Positions 26,838 to 40,224 are shown, counted from the stretch's first letter. The stretch is DNA of 64,000 nucleotides from Chiloscyllium plagiosum (GCF_004010195.1 NC_057718.1:72530626-72594625); one strand, 5' to 3'. A program made the numbers and translations. Notes: generated by a model not told the origin, from the sequence alone.

Positions 26838-27104
26838 GAGCAGAGAGTGTTCAGCAGGAGAAGATAAAAGGTAGGGAGGAGGGACTTGGAGGAGGGGCGT
26901 TGGAAATGTGATAGGTGGAAAGAGGTCAAGGTGAGGGTGATAGGTCGGAGTAGGATGGAGGCGGAGAGGTCAACAAGAAGACTGCAGGTCAGGAAGGCGA
27001 CGTGGTCGACGGTGCCCTCCACCGCATCTCCTCCACTTCCAACTCCCCTCCTCCAAGTCCCTCCTCCCTACCTTTTATCTTCTCCTGCTGAACACTCTCT
27101 GCTC

Positions 27105-27140
27105 ATTCCTGAAGAAGGGCATGTGCCCGAAACGTCGAAT
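27105..27140 (+). ncRNA. Minimal type-I hammerhead ribozyme motif, intact core
   Basis: ATTC-CTGAAGA-A-GGGC atgt GCCC-GAAAC-GTC-GAAT. Confidence 0.8.
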
Positions 27141-27180
27141 CTTCTGTTCCCTAGATGCTGCCTGACCTGCTGTGCTGTTC

Positions 27181-27748
27181 NNNNNNNNNNNNNNNNNNNN
27201 NNNNNNNNNNNNNNNNNNNNNNNNNNNNNNNNNNNNNNNNNNNNNNNNNNNNNNNNNNNNNNNNNNNNNNNNNNNNNNNNNNNNNNNNNNNNNNNNNNNN
27301 NNNNNNNNNNNNNNNNNNNNNNNNNNNNNNNNNNNNNNNNNNNNNNNNNNNNNNNNNNNNNNNNNNNNNNNNNNNNNNNNNNNNNNNNNNNNNNNNNNNN
27401 NNNNNNNNNNNNNNNNNNNNNNNNNNNNNNNNNNNNNNNNNNNNNNNNNNNNNNNNNNNNNNNNNNNNNNNNNNNNNNNNNNNNNNNNNNNNNNNNNNNN
27501 NNNNNNNNNNNNNNNNNNNNNNNNNNNNNNNNNNNNNNNNNNNNNNNNNNNNNNNNNNNNNNNNNNNNNNNNNNNNNNNNNNNNNNNNNNNNNNNNNNNN
27601 NNNNNNNNNNNNNNNNNNNNNNNNNNNNNNNNNNNNNNNNNNNNNNNNNNNNNNNNNNNNNNNNNNNNNNNNNNNNNNNNNNNNNNNNNNNNNNNNNNNN
27701 NNNNNNNNNNNNNNNNNNNNNNNNNNNNNNNNNNNNNNNNNNNNNNNN
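27181..27748. other. Assembly gap (N run)
   Basis: 568 N. Confidence 1.
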
Positions 27749-27958
27749 TTCCCCCTCCCCCCACCTTGTCTCAGCCGAATCCCTCCAGCCCGGCTCCGCC
27801 TTCCTGACCTGCAGTCGTCTTCTTGACCTCTCCGCCTCCATCCTACTCCGACCTATCACCCTCACCTTGACCTCTTTCCACCTATCACATTTCCAACGCC
27901 CCTCCTCCAAGTCCCTCCTCCCTACCTTTTATCTTCTCCTGCTGAACACTCTCTGCTC

Positions 27959-27994
27959 ATTCCTGAAGAAGGGCCTGTGCCCGAAACGTCGAAT
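27959..27994 (+). ncRNA. Minimal type-I hammerhead ribozyme motif, intact core
   Basis: ATTC-CTGAAGA-A-GGGC ctgt GCCC-GAAAC-GTC-GAAT. Confidence 0.8.
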
Positions 27995-28244
27995 CTCCTG
28001 TTCCCTGGATGCTGCCTGACCTGCTGTGCTGTTCCAGCAATAAAGTTTCAACTTTGATCTCCAGCATCTGCAGACCTCACTTTCTCCCCGAGCTAAGCAA
28101 GCAGGCTAGTTTGGTTTGGATGGTGTTAGGCTTTGCAGGTTTTATTTGCAATTGCAACAATCCAGGAAGGTTAGGAGTGTTTCATCAAAGCCCTGACTTG
28201 CGCCTTGTAGGTGGTGAGCAGGATTTGGCGTGTCAGAGATGAGT

Positions 28245-30300
28245 GGCCATCTCTGGACCCTTCTCTGGACTCAGGGAAGTGCCAGAAGACTGGAGAATTG
28301 CAAACAAAAGAATGATTGCGAGGATAATCCCAGCAATCAGAGACTAATTAGTTTACTTCAGTGGTGGGACAATGTCTAGAAACAAATATTTGGGATAGAA
28401 TTAGTAACTACATGGGGAAAAAAGTAGATCAGTGAGGCAGTCAGCAGGACCTTTTTAAAAGGGGAACTCTAGTTTAACTTACTCGCAGGAATTTTTGAAG
28501 AGGTAACGGAAAGGGTCAATGAGGGTAACACAGTTGATGTGATATACATGGGTTTCCAGAAGGCTTTTGATACAGCACCACATGACAGAGTTATGAGGAA
28601 AACTATAGGTCATAGTATGAAAGGAACAGTAACAAAGTTGATACAAAGTGACTAAGTGATAGAAAATAGAGTAATGGTCAATGGATATTTTTCAGGTTAG
28701 TGAGAGGTTCTGTAGTGAAGTTCTGCAGGGATTGGCATTGGATCCTTGCTTTTCCTGATATATGTTAATGATTTAGATCTTGCTCTGCAGGGAACAATTT
28801 CCAAGTTTGTAGATGACACAATGTGGAACTCCAAAAGGACATCAGCAAGATGGTGGAGCGGGCAGTTGAGATTCAATGCAGAGAAGTGTGAGGCGATGCA
28901 CTTTGGTTGGAAGAACATTGAAAGACAATATAAAATAGGGGCTACAATTCTAAAGGGGGTGCAGAGGCAGAGGAACACAGGTGTATATGTGTACAGATCA
29001 TTAAAGCGTACAATGTTTAGATTAGATTAGATTAGATGCAAACTCCACACAGTCAGTCGCCTGAGTCGGGAATTGAACCCGGGTCTACAGGCGCTGTGAG
29101 GCAGCAGTGCTAACCACTGGGCCACCGTGCCGCCCAAAGATGTTCTCATCTTTACTAATAGAGGCATAGTGTACAAGAGCCAGGAGATATAGATCTTAGG
29201 GCTACAGGAACAGGATACTGAGTGAGATGATCAGCCATGAACATATCGATTGGTGGAGAAGGCTCAAAGGGCTGAATGGCCTATTCCTGATCCTATTTTC
29301 TGAATTTCTATGTACAGTTGTGGGTGCCGCACTATAGAAAAGATATGAATGCATTTGAAAGAATGCTGAAGCGGTTTAAAAGGAAGGGTTGTAAAATATT
29401 TACAATTATTGAAGACGTTGGGAATGTTCTCAGAGTCATAGAGATGTACAGTATGGAAACACACCCTTCAGTCCAACTAGTCAGTGTCGATCAGATATCC
29501 CATTTGCCAACACTTGGCCCATATCCCTCTAAATGCTTCCTATTCATATGCCCATCCTGATGTCTTTTAAATGTTGTAATTCTACCAGCCTCCATCACTT
29601 TCTCTGGTAGCTTATTCCATACACTGTGTGAAAAAGTTGCCCCTTAGGTCCATTTTAAATATTTCCTCTCTCACCCCAAGCCGATGCCCTCTACTTCTGG
29701 ACTCCCCACCCCAGGGAAAATACTTTGTCTATTTACCTTATTCATGCCCCTCAGGATTTTATACAGCTCTATAGGGTTACTCCTCAGCCTCCAACACTCT
29801 AGGGAAAACAGCCCCAGCTTATTCAGCCTCTCCTTTTGGGTCAAACCTTCCAACCCTGGCAACATCCTTGTAAATCTTTTTCGGAACCCTTTCAAATTTC
29901 ACAACATCCTTTTGATCTCCTTGGAGAGAAGGGTGAGTGAAGATTTGATAGCGATTTTTAAAATCATGTCTAGGTTGGACAGAGCAGATAGAAAGAAGCT
30001 GTTCCTGCTGGTTAAAAAAAAAATTAGGGGGCATAGATTTAAAGCGACATGGAAATTAAGCGATGAGAGAGAAAATGCTCCCACACAGCAAGTAGTTACA
30101 GTATGGGGGATGCACTGCCTGGAAATGTGGGGCAAGCAGATGAACTGAGGCATTCAGGATGGCACTAGATGATTATTTGGCTAGAAATGTGTGCAGGGAT
30201 ATACAGGAAGAGGAAAGAAATTGGCTCCAAGTATTATAATCGGTGCAGGCATGAAGGGTTAGATAGCCTCCTTCTGTGCCTTCCAATTCTGTGATTCTGA
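28245..30300 (+). mobile_element. Decayed CR1 ORF2/3' end with nested SINE and a minus-strand HER1 3' fragment (about 29430-29912)
   Basis: GEVPEDWRIAN, LLFLIYVNDLD...ISKFVDDT, WVPHYRKD remnants. Confidence 0.75.
29017..29135 (-). mobile_element. HE1 SINE, tRNA head joined directly to (TCTAA)n tail
   Basis: Head identical to young copies, central and 3' body missing. Confidence 0.85.
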
Positions 30301-30471
30301 GTGTTATTTGCAGGAGATCCCAGTCTTGTGCATTCACAGTATTGAAATGACAGGTCCAGTTCAGCTTTTGATCAATGGTAATCTCTAGGATGTTGATAAT
30401 GTGGGGTTCACAATAACAATATAATTGAATGTAAACATTTTCTAGTCAGAGTTATATAGCATAGCAACCTT

Positions 30472-30794
30472 TTAGATTAGATTAGATTAGATTACATTAC
30501 AGTGTGGAAACAGGCCCTTCGGCCCAACAAGTCCACACCGCCCCGCCGAAGCACAACTCACCCATACCCAGACATTTACCCCTTACCTAACACTACGGGC
30601 AATTTAGCATGGCCAATTCACCTGACCTGCACATCTTTGGACTGTGGGAGGAAACCGGAGCACCCGGAGGAAACCCACGCTGACACAGGGAGAACGTGCT
30701 AGCTCTACACAGTCAGTCGCCTGAGGCGGGAATTGAACCCGGGTCTCAGGCGCTGTGAGGCAGCAGTGCTAACCACTGTGCCACCTTGCCGCCC
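30472..30794 (-). mobile_element. HE1 V-SINE, full length, young
   Basis: Reverse complement of the 15826 and 44293 copies; (TTAGA)n tail. Confidence 0.92.
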
Positions 30795-31850
30795 AACTAG
30801 TCCACGCTGATCATGTTCTCAAACCAAGCTAGTCCCACCTGCCTGCCCATTTCCCTCCAAATCTTTCCTATTCATGTACTTATACAACATTTAAAGAAAT
30901 TTGGAACTGTAGCTGCATCCACCACTTCCTCTGGCAGTTCATTTTACAACTAACTACTCTCCATGTAAGAAAGGTGCGCCTCATGTCCTTTCTAAATCTT
31001 TCTCCTCTCACCTTAAAAATATGTCCCCTAGTTGTGAACTCTCCCACCTTAGACAAAAGACCTTTGGTTTTCATCTCACCCATGCCCCTCATGATTTTAT
31101 AAGTCTCTATAAAGTTACCCCCTAAACTCCTATACTCCACTGAAAAAAGTCCCAGCCTATCTCAGGTTTGATTCCAGCCTTGGGCGACTGACTGTGTGGA
31201 GTTTGCACATTCTCCCCATATCTGCGTGGCTTTTCTCCAGGTGCCGCAGTTTCCTCCCACAATCCAAAGATTTGCAGATTGGGTGAATTAGCCATGCTAA
31301 ATTGCCCATGGTGTTTACAGATGTGTAGGTTAGGTGCATTATTCAGGGGCAAATGTAGAAAGGTAGCAGAATGGGGTTGGGTGGGTTACTCTTCGAAGAG
31401 TCAGTGTGGACTTGTTGGGACAAATGGCCTGTTTCCACACTGTAGAGATTCTACTCTATGATAAAGTATTCAGCCTACTTTTGTAACTCAAATCCTCCAT
31501 TCCCGGCAAAATCTGGGTAAATCTCCTTTGAACCCTCTCCAGTTTAATAATATCCTTCCTATAACAGGGCAACCAAAATAGCATACAGTACCAGAATAGC
31601 ATACAGAAGAGGCCTCACCAATGTCCTGCACAACTTTAACATGATGTCCCAACCTATACTTAAAGGTCTGAGCAACGAAAGCAAGCAAGCATGCTGAACA
31701 TCTTAACCACCCTGTCTATCTGGGATGTAAATTTCAAAGACTTATATACCTGAATCCCTCGGTCTCTTTGTTCTACAACACTACCCACGGCTGTACCATT
31801 AACTGTATAAATCCTGCTGATGTTTGTTTTACCTTCATATTTATCCAAAT
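30795..31850 (-). mobile_element. CR1/HER1 3' fragment with nested SINE
   Basis: TRGHIFKVRGERFRKDMR; GSVVEQRD remnants. Confidence 0.75.
31163..31460 (+). mobile_element. HE1 SINE, 5'-truncated
   Basis: B box onward, V-domain, 3' tail. Confidence 0.8.
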
Positions 31851-31854
31851 TAAA

Positions 31855-32168
31855 GATGGCACGGTGGCTTTGTGGTTAGCAATGCAGTCGCACAGCGCCA
31901 GGGACCCAGGTTCGATTCCAGCCTCGGTGGGGAGTTTGCACATTCACCCAGTTTCTGCGTGGGTTTCCTCCCACAATCCAAACATGTGCAGGGTAGGTGG
32001 ATTGGTCAGGCTAAATTGCCCATAGTGTTCAGGGACATGTAGGTTAGGTGTATTAGTCAGGGTTAAATATAAAGTAATGGGTTCGGGTGGGAGAGTCTTT
32101 GGAGGGTTGGTGTGTATTTGTTGGGCCGAAGGGTTTGTTTCCACACTGTAGGAATTCTATGGATTCTA
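31855..32168 (+). mobile_element. HE1 SINE, diverged
   Basis: ggcacggtggc..tggttagc, GGTTCGATTCC, tail attctat. Confidence 0.82.
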
Positions 32169-32994
32169 CTTATTATCTCATTAAGTAAAATTATGATCAA
32201 TCATCATTCATTCAGACAGCGGGATACATTCAGTAAACTCAAAGAAAAATGAATCATTTATTAAGGTAGCAAACAGCTGGATTCATTCAGTGTAGTCACA
32301 GAAAAATCAGGAATCACCCATTTTGGCCACTAAAGAATTAACCATTTAAGCTGGGAAGACAGTCTCCACTTCAGTTATGAGAAGGCAGAAAACCTCCATT
32401 TTGGCCTGAGACAAGGGAGACCACTTCAGAACATCAGCATAGAACAGTTACTACTTTATCACAAAGTAAAAGCATTTTAAACAAGAAAAATAAATAATCA
32501 CATTGGGAAGACATGGCATGAAATATAATATTTACCACGAAGCGTTAACTTCAGAGATGGGACAAATAGAGTCCTAGAGATGTACAGCATGGAACCAGAC
32601 CCTTCGGTCCAACCCGTCCATGCCGACCAGATATCCCAACCCAACCTAGTCCCATCTGCCAGCACCCGACCCATATCCCTCCAAACCCTTCCTATTCTAG
32701 AACAAAGAATTGTACATCTGGGAAAAACCAATTCTTAAAATACAGAACAGCTTCCAAATCAGATACTAAATCATAAGTTGATACACATTTATCTACAATT
32801 GGGACATAGCTAATAACATTATAGCTGTCAAAGGGTAAGAGAAGCAACAAATACTTCTAATGCAGTACTGAAAACCTCTTAAACTTACTTTAATCTCAGA
32901 ACAAATAAAATTATTGAAAGGACAACATTTAATAGAAGAGTTCAGCATCTGGAAATTCCATAGATGATTTCATTAACAAACTCTACAGATTGAA

Positions 32995-35670
32995 TCAACA
33001 AGGTCATTTATGTGCAGAGTCACAAGAGATGGGTGAGATCCTAAATTAGTATTTCTCTTCAGTATTTAAAGCTATGGATGTGAGAAAACCTGGGGAAATA
33101 AACAATGATGTATTGAAGATTGCCCACATACAGTAGTAGTAGTGCTGGAAATCTTAAAATGCATTAAGGTAGATAAATTCTCAGGACATGATAACGTGTA
33201 TCCTAGGATGCTGTGGGAGGCTAGGGAGGAAATTGTGCGGCCCCAGTGGAGATATTTGTATTATTGACAGTCATTGGTGAAATGCCCAAAGTTTATAGGA
33301 TGGCTAATCTTGTCCCTTTATTTAAGAAAGGCTGCAGGGAAATGCCTGGGAACTACAGACTAGTGAGCCTAACATCCATGGTGGGCAAGTTGTTTTAGAG
33401 GGAGTTCTGAGGTATAGGATCTATAGGCATTTGGAGAGGCACAAACTCATTTGGGATAGCCAGCATGGTTTTGTAAGTGAGAAATAGTGTGCACGAATTT
33501 GATTGGGTTTTTTGAAGGGGTGACCAAGAAAATAGATGTGAGCAGTGCAGTAGACATTGTCAACATTCTTCAGCAAGGCCTTTGACAAGGTACCATGTGA
33601 TAGGTTGTTGAGTATGGTTAAATTCCACGGGATCTAGTGAGAGCTAGCCAATTGGATACAAGGTTGGCTTGACGGCAGAAGATAGAAGGTTGTGGTAGGG
33701 GCTTGTTTTTCAGACTGGACACCTGTGACTAGTAATATGCCACAGGGATAGGTGCTGGGTCCACTGCGATTTATCATTTATATAAATGATTTGGATGAGA
33801 ATTTAGGAGGTATTGTTAGTAGGTTTGCGGACGACACCAAGATAGGTGGTATAGTGGAGAAGGTTATCTGGGAATGCAACGAGATCTTGACCAACTGGGC
33901 CACTGGGCTAATGAATGACAGATGGATTTTAATTTAGATAAATGTAAGGTGCAATATTTTGGGAAAGCAAACCAGGACAGGACTTACACAGTCAATGGTA
34001 GGGCACTGGGGAGTGTTATAAAACAAAGAGATCGAGGGATGCAGGTTCATAGCTCCTTGAAAATGGAGTCACAGTTAGACAGGCCAATGAAGGCAGCTTC
34101 TGGCATGCTTGCTTTCATTGGTCAGAGCTTTGAATATAGGAGATGGGACGTCTTGTTGCAGCTGGACCAAGCATTGGTGAGGCCATATTTGGAGTACTGC
34201 ATGCAGTTCTGGTTACCCTGCTATAGAAATTTTATTATTAAACTAGAAAGTTTGCAGAAAAGATTTACTAGGATGCTACCTACACTGGAATTTTTGGCTT
34301 ATAAGGAGACGTTGGATAGGCTGGGTTGTTTTTCCTGGAGTGTATAAGACTTTGTATATAAAGTCATGAAAAGCATAGATACGGCAGATAGTGGACAGCT
34401 TCTCCCTGTGGTAGGGAAGCCTAAAACTAGGCGGCATAGGTTTAAGGTGAGAGGGGAGAAATGCAAAAGGGTCCAGAAGAGCAATTTTTCATACACAGAG
34501 GGTGGCGAGTGTCTGGAATGGAATGCCAAAGGTAGTGGTGGGAGTGAATACAAATCTGTCATTTAAGCAACATATAGACAGATACATGGGTGTGTTGCAA
34601 AGTTGGGTGAGTAATTGTAGATTGGGAGACAGAAATTAGAATTTGGTGTTTGTAAAACTTTAAAATACTACAGCGTTGCATGGTCCCTTTAAAAGATGGT
34701 GCTTTTTCTGTGCATAGGAATTAAAATGGATATCTGTGAGCAGCAGCTTAAGTTTGCAAAGACCAAGAGCCTGAATTGAAGCATTTGTATCAAAAGGCCA
34801 TATTGATAAGACCAAGCAGCAGTTTTTAGTCAATCAATTTGAACAATGCACTTAGATACCGAAAACCCATTAAATTGAAATCTTAGACAACATAGAACCA
34901 ATCTTATTGTAAGAAATATTGATACATCATCATGGGTACAAAAGAAGGGGGCAGTTGGATAAAGACCCCAGAGTTAACTGCCATCTGCCAGAGATGACAG
35001 CCATTAGCTTGAGAGAGAAATTGGCCCTCTCCGTCATCTATGTATTAAAGAAAGCATCATCTAATAACAATGGCATTCCTGGCAGAAAAACGCCAAAGAA
35101 GAAATTCCTAACAGAAGAATCAGAGGAAAAGGCATTCCTGACAGAAGAACTATGGGGAAGGCACAGAACATTCTAGAAGACATGTAACCTGGTTGTAATT
35201 TTGAGGGACTAAATTCTATTTTTGTTATAAATAGAATTAGGACTTGTATTTATTGGAACAGCATACCATTGGAATCGTGTTTTATTTGGGAATAGTTAGC
35301 AGTTAGAAACGATTTATTCAGTTTGTTAATAGTTTAGTTAAGTTGCTCAGTGTTAGAGTCAGATAAAATAAGTAGTTACTTGCAGATTTTAAAATGAGTG
35401 TTTGCGATTTATTTTATTTAACCACTAGAAGTTGCTAAGAAGTAAGTTACACTACTTTTCACACACTTTTTTTAGATTGTAGGGTGAGGTGTTCCTCTTT
35501 GGGTGTTTGGGTTTTAGTACTTAGAGGGGGTCAATCTCTGCTTTATAACAGATGGGATAGGTTGGAAGGGTATGAATCAAAAGCAATTCAATAGAACGAG
35601 GTTAAATTGTGAAAACTGGGCAGCATAGGCAAGTTGGGCTGAAGGGCCTATTTTCATGCTGTAGACCTCT
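32995..35670 (+). mobile_element. CR1/HER1 ORF2 + 3' UTR, interrupted by a solo LTR
   Basis: PGNYRLVSLTSMVG, YINDLD...FADDTKIGG, RPYLEYCMQFW; resumes after 35550. Confidence 0.82.
34593..35550 (+). mobile_element. Solo LTR (about 958 bp) inserted in CR1 3' end
   Basis: Termini TGTTGCAAAG...CTTTATAACA (8/10 inverted match, TG...CA); 4-bp TSD GGTG/GATG; CR1 sequence is continuous across it. Confidence 0.7.
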
Positions 35671-38029
35671 GAGACATGAGTGGTAAATCTTTTACATGGA
35701 GGGTGATTCACATGTGGAATGATCTTCCTGTGGAAGTGGTGGATACAATTACAACGTTTAAAAGACTTTTGGGTAAGTACATGAATAGAAAAGGTTTGGA
35801 GGGATATGGCCCAGCAGCAGCCAGGTGGGACTAGTTTAGTTTGAGAATTTGTTTGGAATGGACTGGTTGGACTGAAGGGTCCGTTTCCGAGTTATATGAC
35901 TCTACGATTCTATGAATGTATGAATTAGGAGTAGGCCACTCAGTCCCGAGCTAACTCTGCCTCAATTCTTGGCTGATCTGATAACTTTACATTCCCGCTT
36001 ATTCCTGATAAGCAAGGAGGTGAAAGCTTATCAAGAATCAATCAATTAATCAATCTACCTCTACCTTAAAAATATTCCAATTCCAGTTCCACCAATTTTT
36101 GAGGAAGAGAATTCCAAGGACTATATTTAAAAATTTGCTTAGTTATTTTAGATTTCTTGCTTTGTACAGACTCTTCAGTCAGAGACAGAGAAATATTGCT
36201 GATTGAAGATGCAGGGAAGCTGTGTTGTAAGAATAGGATGTTGGTGAGAAAGGTTTGAAGTAATGGAAATTGTGGCGACTTAAGCATGTGTCAGATGGTA
36301 CTTGCTATTGGAATTCCGTTCGAGAATGCAAAGGAGGATTAAGTGAAAGAACTTCTCAAAGGAATCTGGGAGAGCTGCCTCAGTACAGCAGGAGGAAAGA
36401 AAAGTTAAATAAAATAAATAAGAAGGGATTAGGGACTTTACAGCAAGACAAGACGCTGAAAGCGTGGCACAATGCAGTGTGGAGTTATCAGGCATGTCAA
36501 GAAACTAACAAGGTATAACTTTTCCATATTTTACAGTATTAGTTGCCCATTAAGTAATGTTTGGTTAAAGGCAATTTTAGTTATCTCTTAAAACTTAATG
36601 GATTGTTGTGGAATCCCCTGAAGTTGATCACTGGGAGAGTGAACTTACTTAAAACTTGTTGGTCTCTATAGGGTTTGTAAACACCATGAAAATGTTGTAT
36701 ATTCTCAAGTTCTGAAACAGCTGGAAAATGATGGTCAAGGCTTATGTTAATTCTCCTATTGCAACTCTTAACAGTCTAAGTACATATTAACTAGCCCTGA
36801 AATTTAAATATTTTTCTAACTGTTACAACGCCTGTTTCATCAGTCTATGTGAAAATAGATGTAAAACATTCAATGAGAGCTGGAAATATGTCCTTTGCTG
36901 CCGTACACACAGGTTAAACTTATGGTTGGCTCTTGATTCCATTATTTCTGGAGTTATTTGTTTGCTCTTTATATATTCATTTAAAAAAAAGGCTTCTTCT
37001 TTACATTCATTATTACAGCACAGAAGAGTTTATTTAGTTGACTGTTCTACACAGATCCAGAATGGACTCAATCTAAACTGTCCCATTCCCATGCGCAAAC
37101 CTAGTAGCCCTGAAAGTTTATTTCCCTCAAGTGCCCACTTAATTTCCTTTCCAAATCATACATCATCTTTCACCATGTTGATAGTTCCAGGTCATACTAA
37201 TTCATTCTTAAAAAAAGTTATTCTTTTATCCTTCTAACACCTTTTGCCTAAAACCTCAAATTTGTGCCCTCGTACAATCAATGGAACAGGTTTTCTTCAT
37301 CCACACCACCTAATCTGCATATCCCTCTCAAATCTCCCCTCAATCAACTTTATTCCAAGGAAAGCAACCCCAACTTCATGAACCTAATCCAATAGCTAAA
37401 ATGCCTTCATTATGCAGGAACCATTCTGATTAATCTCTTCTGAGTGTGAGATGACCAGATGTGTAGGCAATACTCCAGTTGTGGGCTGATCAGAGCTTCA
37501 TAAAGATTCATAATGATTTTCTTGCTTCTGTACTCAACGTTCTATTTTCCAAAGCCCAAGATCTCATATAGCCTGCAAAGTATTTGCTTCAATATGTTTC
37601 AACTTTCTGTCTCTGAACCATGTCTCTTAGTTCATATTATCTCTTCCTGTCCATTTTGCACACAGCATTTTCACACATTGAACTCAACACAGAGCAATCT
37701 GCTGGTTGTCTGCCATTCTGTTATTGTATCTACGTCTTACCGAGGAGCCGGGCAGTGTCACAATCTGTGGGGGAAGTGCACGGAATGGTGAGCATAAGAT
37801 TTGGACCCACTTACCAAGGAACCAGGATAAGCACTGATGTGGTGAGTACAGCAGAGCATAAATTCATACAATCTGAACTAATAGGGATAAATGGAATGAT
37901 ATCACAGGAAAGCGAGCTGATTGACTGTGTAAGAGAAAAACATTTAGGAACACAGATTTAAATTGCAGTTATTTTAAAAACTGTAAAATTATTTAGGGAT
38001 AAAGCTCGCTAGTAAGCCAAAGGAAATTT

Positions 38030-39190
38030 AAATCATGGCAGGCTAGGGCAGCCAAGTAGAATATTTGTCCTGTCACATGTGGAGAGTCACAAACCCTGCT
38101 ATTTTCCAAGATGACCACGAGTGCAAATGTTCCAAAAGCCCAAACTTGAGCTCTGGATTTCAGAAATTGAGCTGTAGCTGGAGACACTATAGCACATCTG
38201 CGAGGCTGAGAGGTACATACATAGTGTGTTTAGAGAGGTGGTCACTTCTTTCCTCCAGTCCCTGCAGCTGTGAAGAGAAAGGCTGACCACTAGGCAGTCA
38301 AAGAGAAACAGACAGGTAATGGAGGAGTGCCCTGCGGTCCTGCTTACAAATTGATTTTCCACTCTGGAAGTGGAGGAGGATGCTTGTATGTCAAAGGAGG
38401 CAGACCTCTGCCACCATAAGCTGCCTAACTATACAAGGAAGAAAGAAGAAAGCAGGAATGACAGTGGTCGGAAATTCATTAGTTAGGAGAACAGCCAGAC
38501 ATTTCTGTGGCTGCAGATGTGGCTCCAGCGTGACATGTTGCTGCCCTGGGCATTCTGACGGGTTATAAAACATACATTGTGGTACACATTGATACCAATG
38601 ATATATAGGCAGAAAGAGGAATGAGATCTTGCAACAAGAGTTCAGAGCACTAGGCGGTTATCTCAAAATTGCTCCCAGTACCATGTGCTAGGAAGCACAA
38701 ATAGGAGAATGGAGCAGCTGAATGCATAGCTCAAGAGTTAGTGCAGGATGGAGGGTTTTAGATTCCTGGATCACTGGGACCCTTTCTGGGGAAGGTGGGA
38801 CCTTAATAAGTAGGACAGCCTGCACCTGAACCAGAGTGGGACAGCATCCTTGCTAGCACTGTTGGGAAGAATTTAAATAGTTTAGCAGGGCCAGGCACCA
38901 CAGTATGTTAGTTCAATAGTGACCCAGCATGATTTTGAAAGGAATCAAGGCACAGCAAGTTCAGCCTTGTAAGTGTCTCAAGAGAGTAAGGTGAAATTGA
39001 ATGGCTTATACTTTAATACCAAGAGTATAAGAGGTAAACTTCAACACAGTGAATTGTGATATTGTTCCCATCATAGAGATGTTGTGAGGTACAGACAAGA
39101 CTGTCAATTTAACATTCTGGGATATAGGTTCTTCAGGCAGGACAGGGTGCAAAAGTGAGGTGGTTTCACATTATTAGTTAAGCAGTCAGT
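38030..39190 (+). mobile_element. Decayed CR1 ORF1 (SGNH) and EN start
   Basis: CLSCHMW, VVGNSLVRRTARHFCG...CCCPG, VVHIDTND remnants. Confidence 0.75.
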
Positions 39191-39479
39191 TATTGCACTT
39201 CAGGCCCAACATATTTCCTTTAGGATGAAATGTAGGAGAAAAAAGCCATGAAAAATCTAAATGTGTAGGAATTTCAAGACTGGATAAAAAGGAAAAGAGA
39301 GAGATATATAGCAGGTACAAAAGGAGCAAAACAATAGAGGCCCCAGAGCAGTAAAGCAAGTGCGGGGGGGGGATCGCTGAAGTAATTAGGAGGGCAAAGT
39401 GTGGGTGTGACCCCAAGCGGTGCAGAGTTTGCCCCTGATACCCACTAATTCTACCCAGGACTCCTTGATGTTACACTCA

Positions 39480-40220
39480 ATTGAATATGGTGTCGATATC
39501 AAGAGCTATCACTCTCATCTCACTCCTGGAATTCAGCTTTTTTTTGTCAGGTTTGAACCAGGCTGTAATGAGGTCAGAAGCTGAGTACTCTGGCAGAAGC
39601 CAAACTGTGCTTCACTGAACAGATTATTACTGTACAGATGTTGCTTGAAAACACTGCTAATTACATCTCCCCATCACTTTACTGATGATCCAGAGTAGAC
39701 TGATGGGGTGATAATTGGCCTGGTTTGTCTGTCCTGCTTTTTTGCACAGGACATACTTGGGTAATTTTCCACATTGTCGGGTAGATGCCAGTGTTGTAAC
39801 TGTACTGAAAGAGCTTGGCTAGAGGAGCAACAAGGTCTGCAACACAAGTCTTCAGTATTATTGCTGGAATGTTGTCAGGGTCCATAGTTTTTGCAATATC
39901 CAGTGCCTCCAACCATTTCTTGATATCACGTGGAGTGAATTAAATTGGCTGAAGACTGGTATCTGTGATGCTGGGGACCACTAGAAGACGCCAAGATGGA
40001 TAATTCGCTTGGCACTTCTGGCTGAAGATTGTTCTGAATGCTTCAGCTTTATCTTATATGCGGATATGGCAGGCTCCTCTGTCACTGAAGATGGAGCTAT
40101 TTATGCAGCCTTCTCTTCCAGTGAGTTGCTTAATTGTCCATCACCATTCACGACGAGATGTGGCAGGACTGCAGAACTTAAATCAGATCAGTTATTGTGG
40201 AATCGCTTAGCTTTGTCTAT
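39480..40220 (-). mobile_element. L2/CR1-clade LINE RT fragment (distinct family)
   Basis: ALDIAKTMDPDNIPAIILKTC...PLAKLFQYSYNTGIYPTMWKITQVCPV. Confidence 0.75.
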
Positions 40221-40224
40221 GTCA

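Larger units (their letters stand above)
26745..28089 (+). mobile_element. Young PLE insertion: inverted terminal copy + partial tandem copies, 15-bp TSD, three intact hammerheads
   Basis: TSD GAGCTAAGCAAGCAG at 26730-26744 and 28090-28104; 26745-26999 is the near-perfect reverse complement of 27797-28052. Confidence 0.88.

Noticed and set aside
26886..28019. Long ORFs of 211-377 aa
   Set aside because: Artefacts of reading through the N gap within PLE repeats.
36120..36683. Possible second solo LTR fragment ending ...gggtttgtaaaca
   Set aside because: Only one plausible terminus and no TSD; not enough support.
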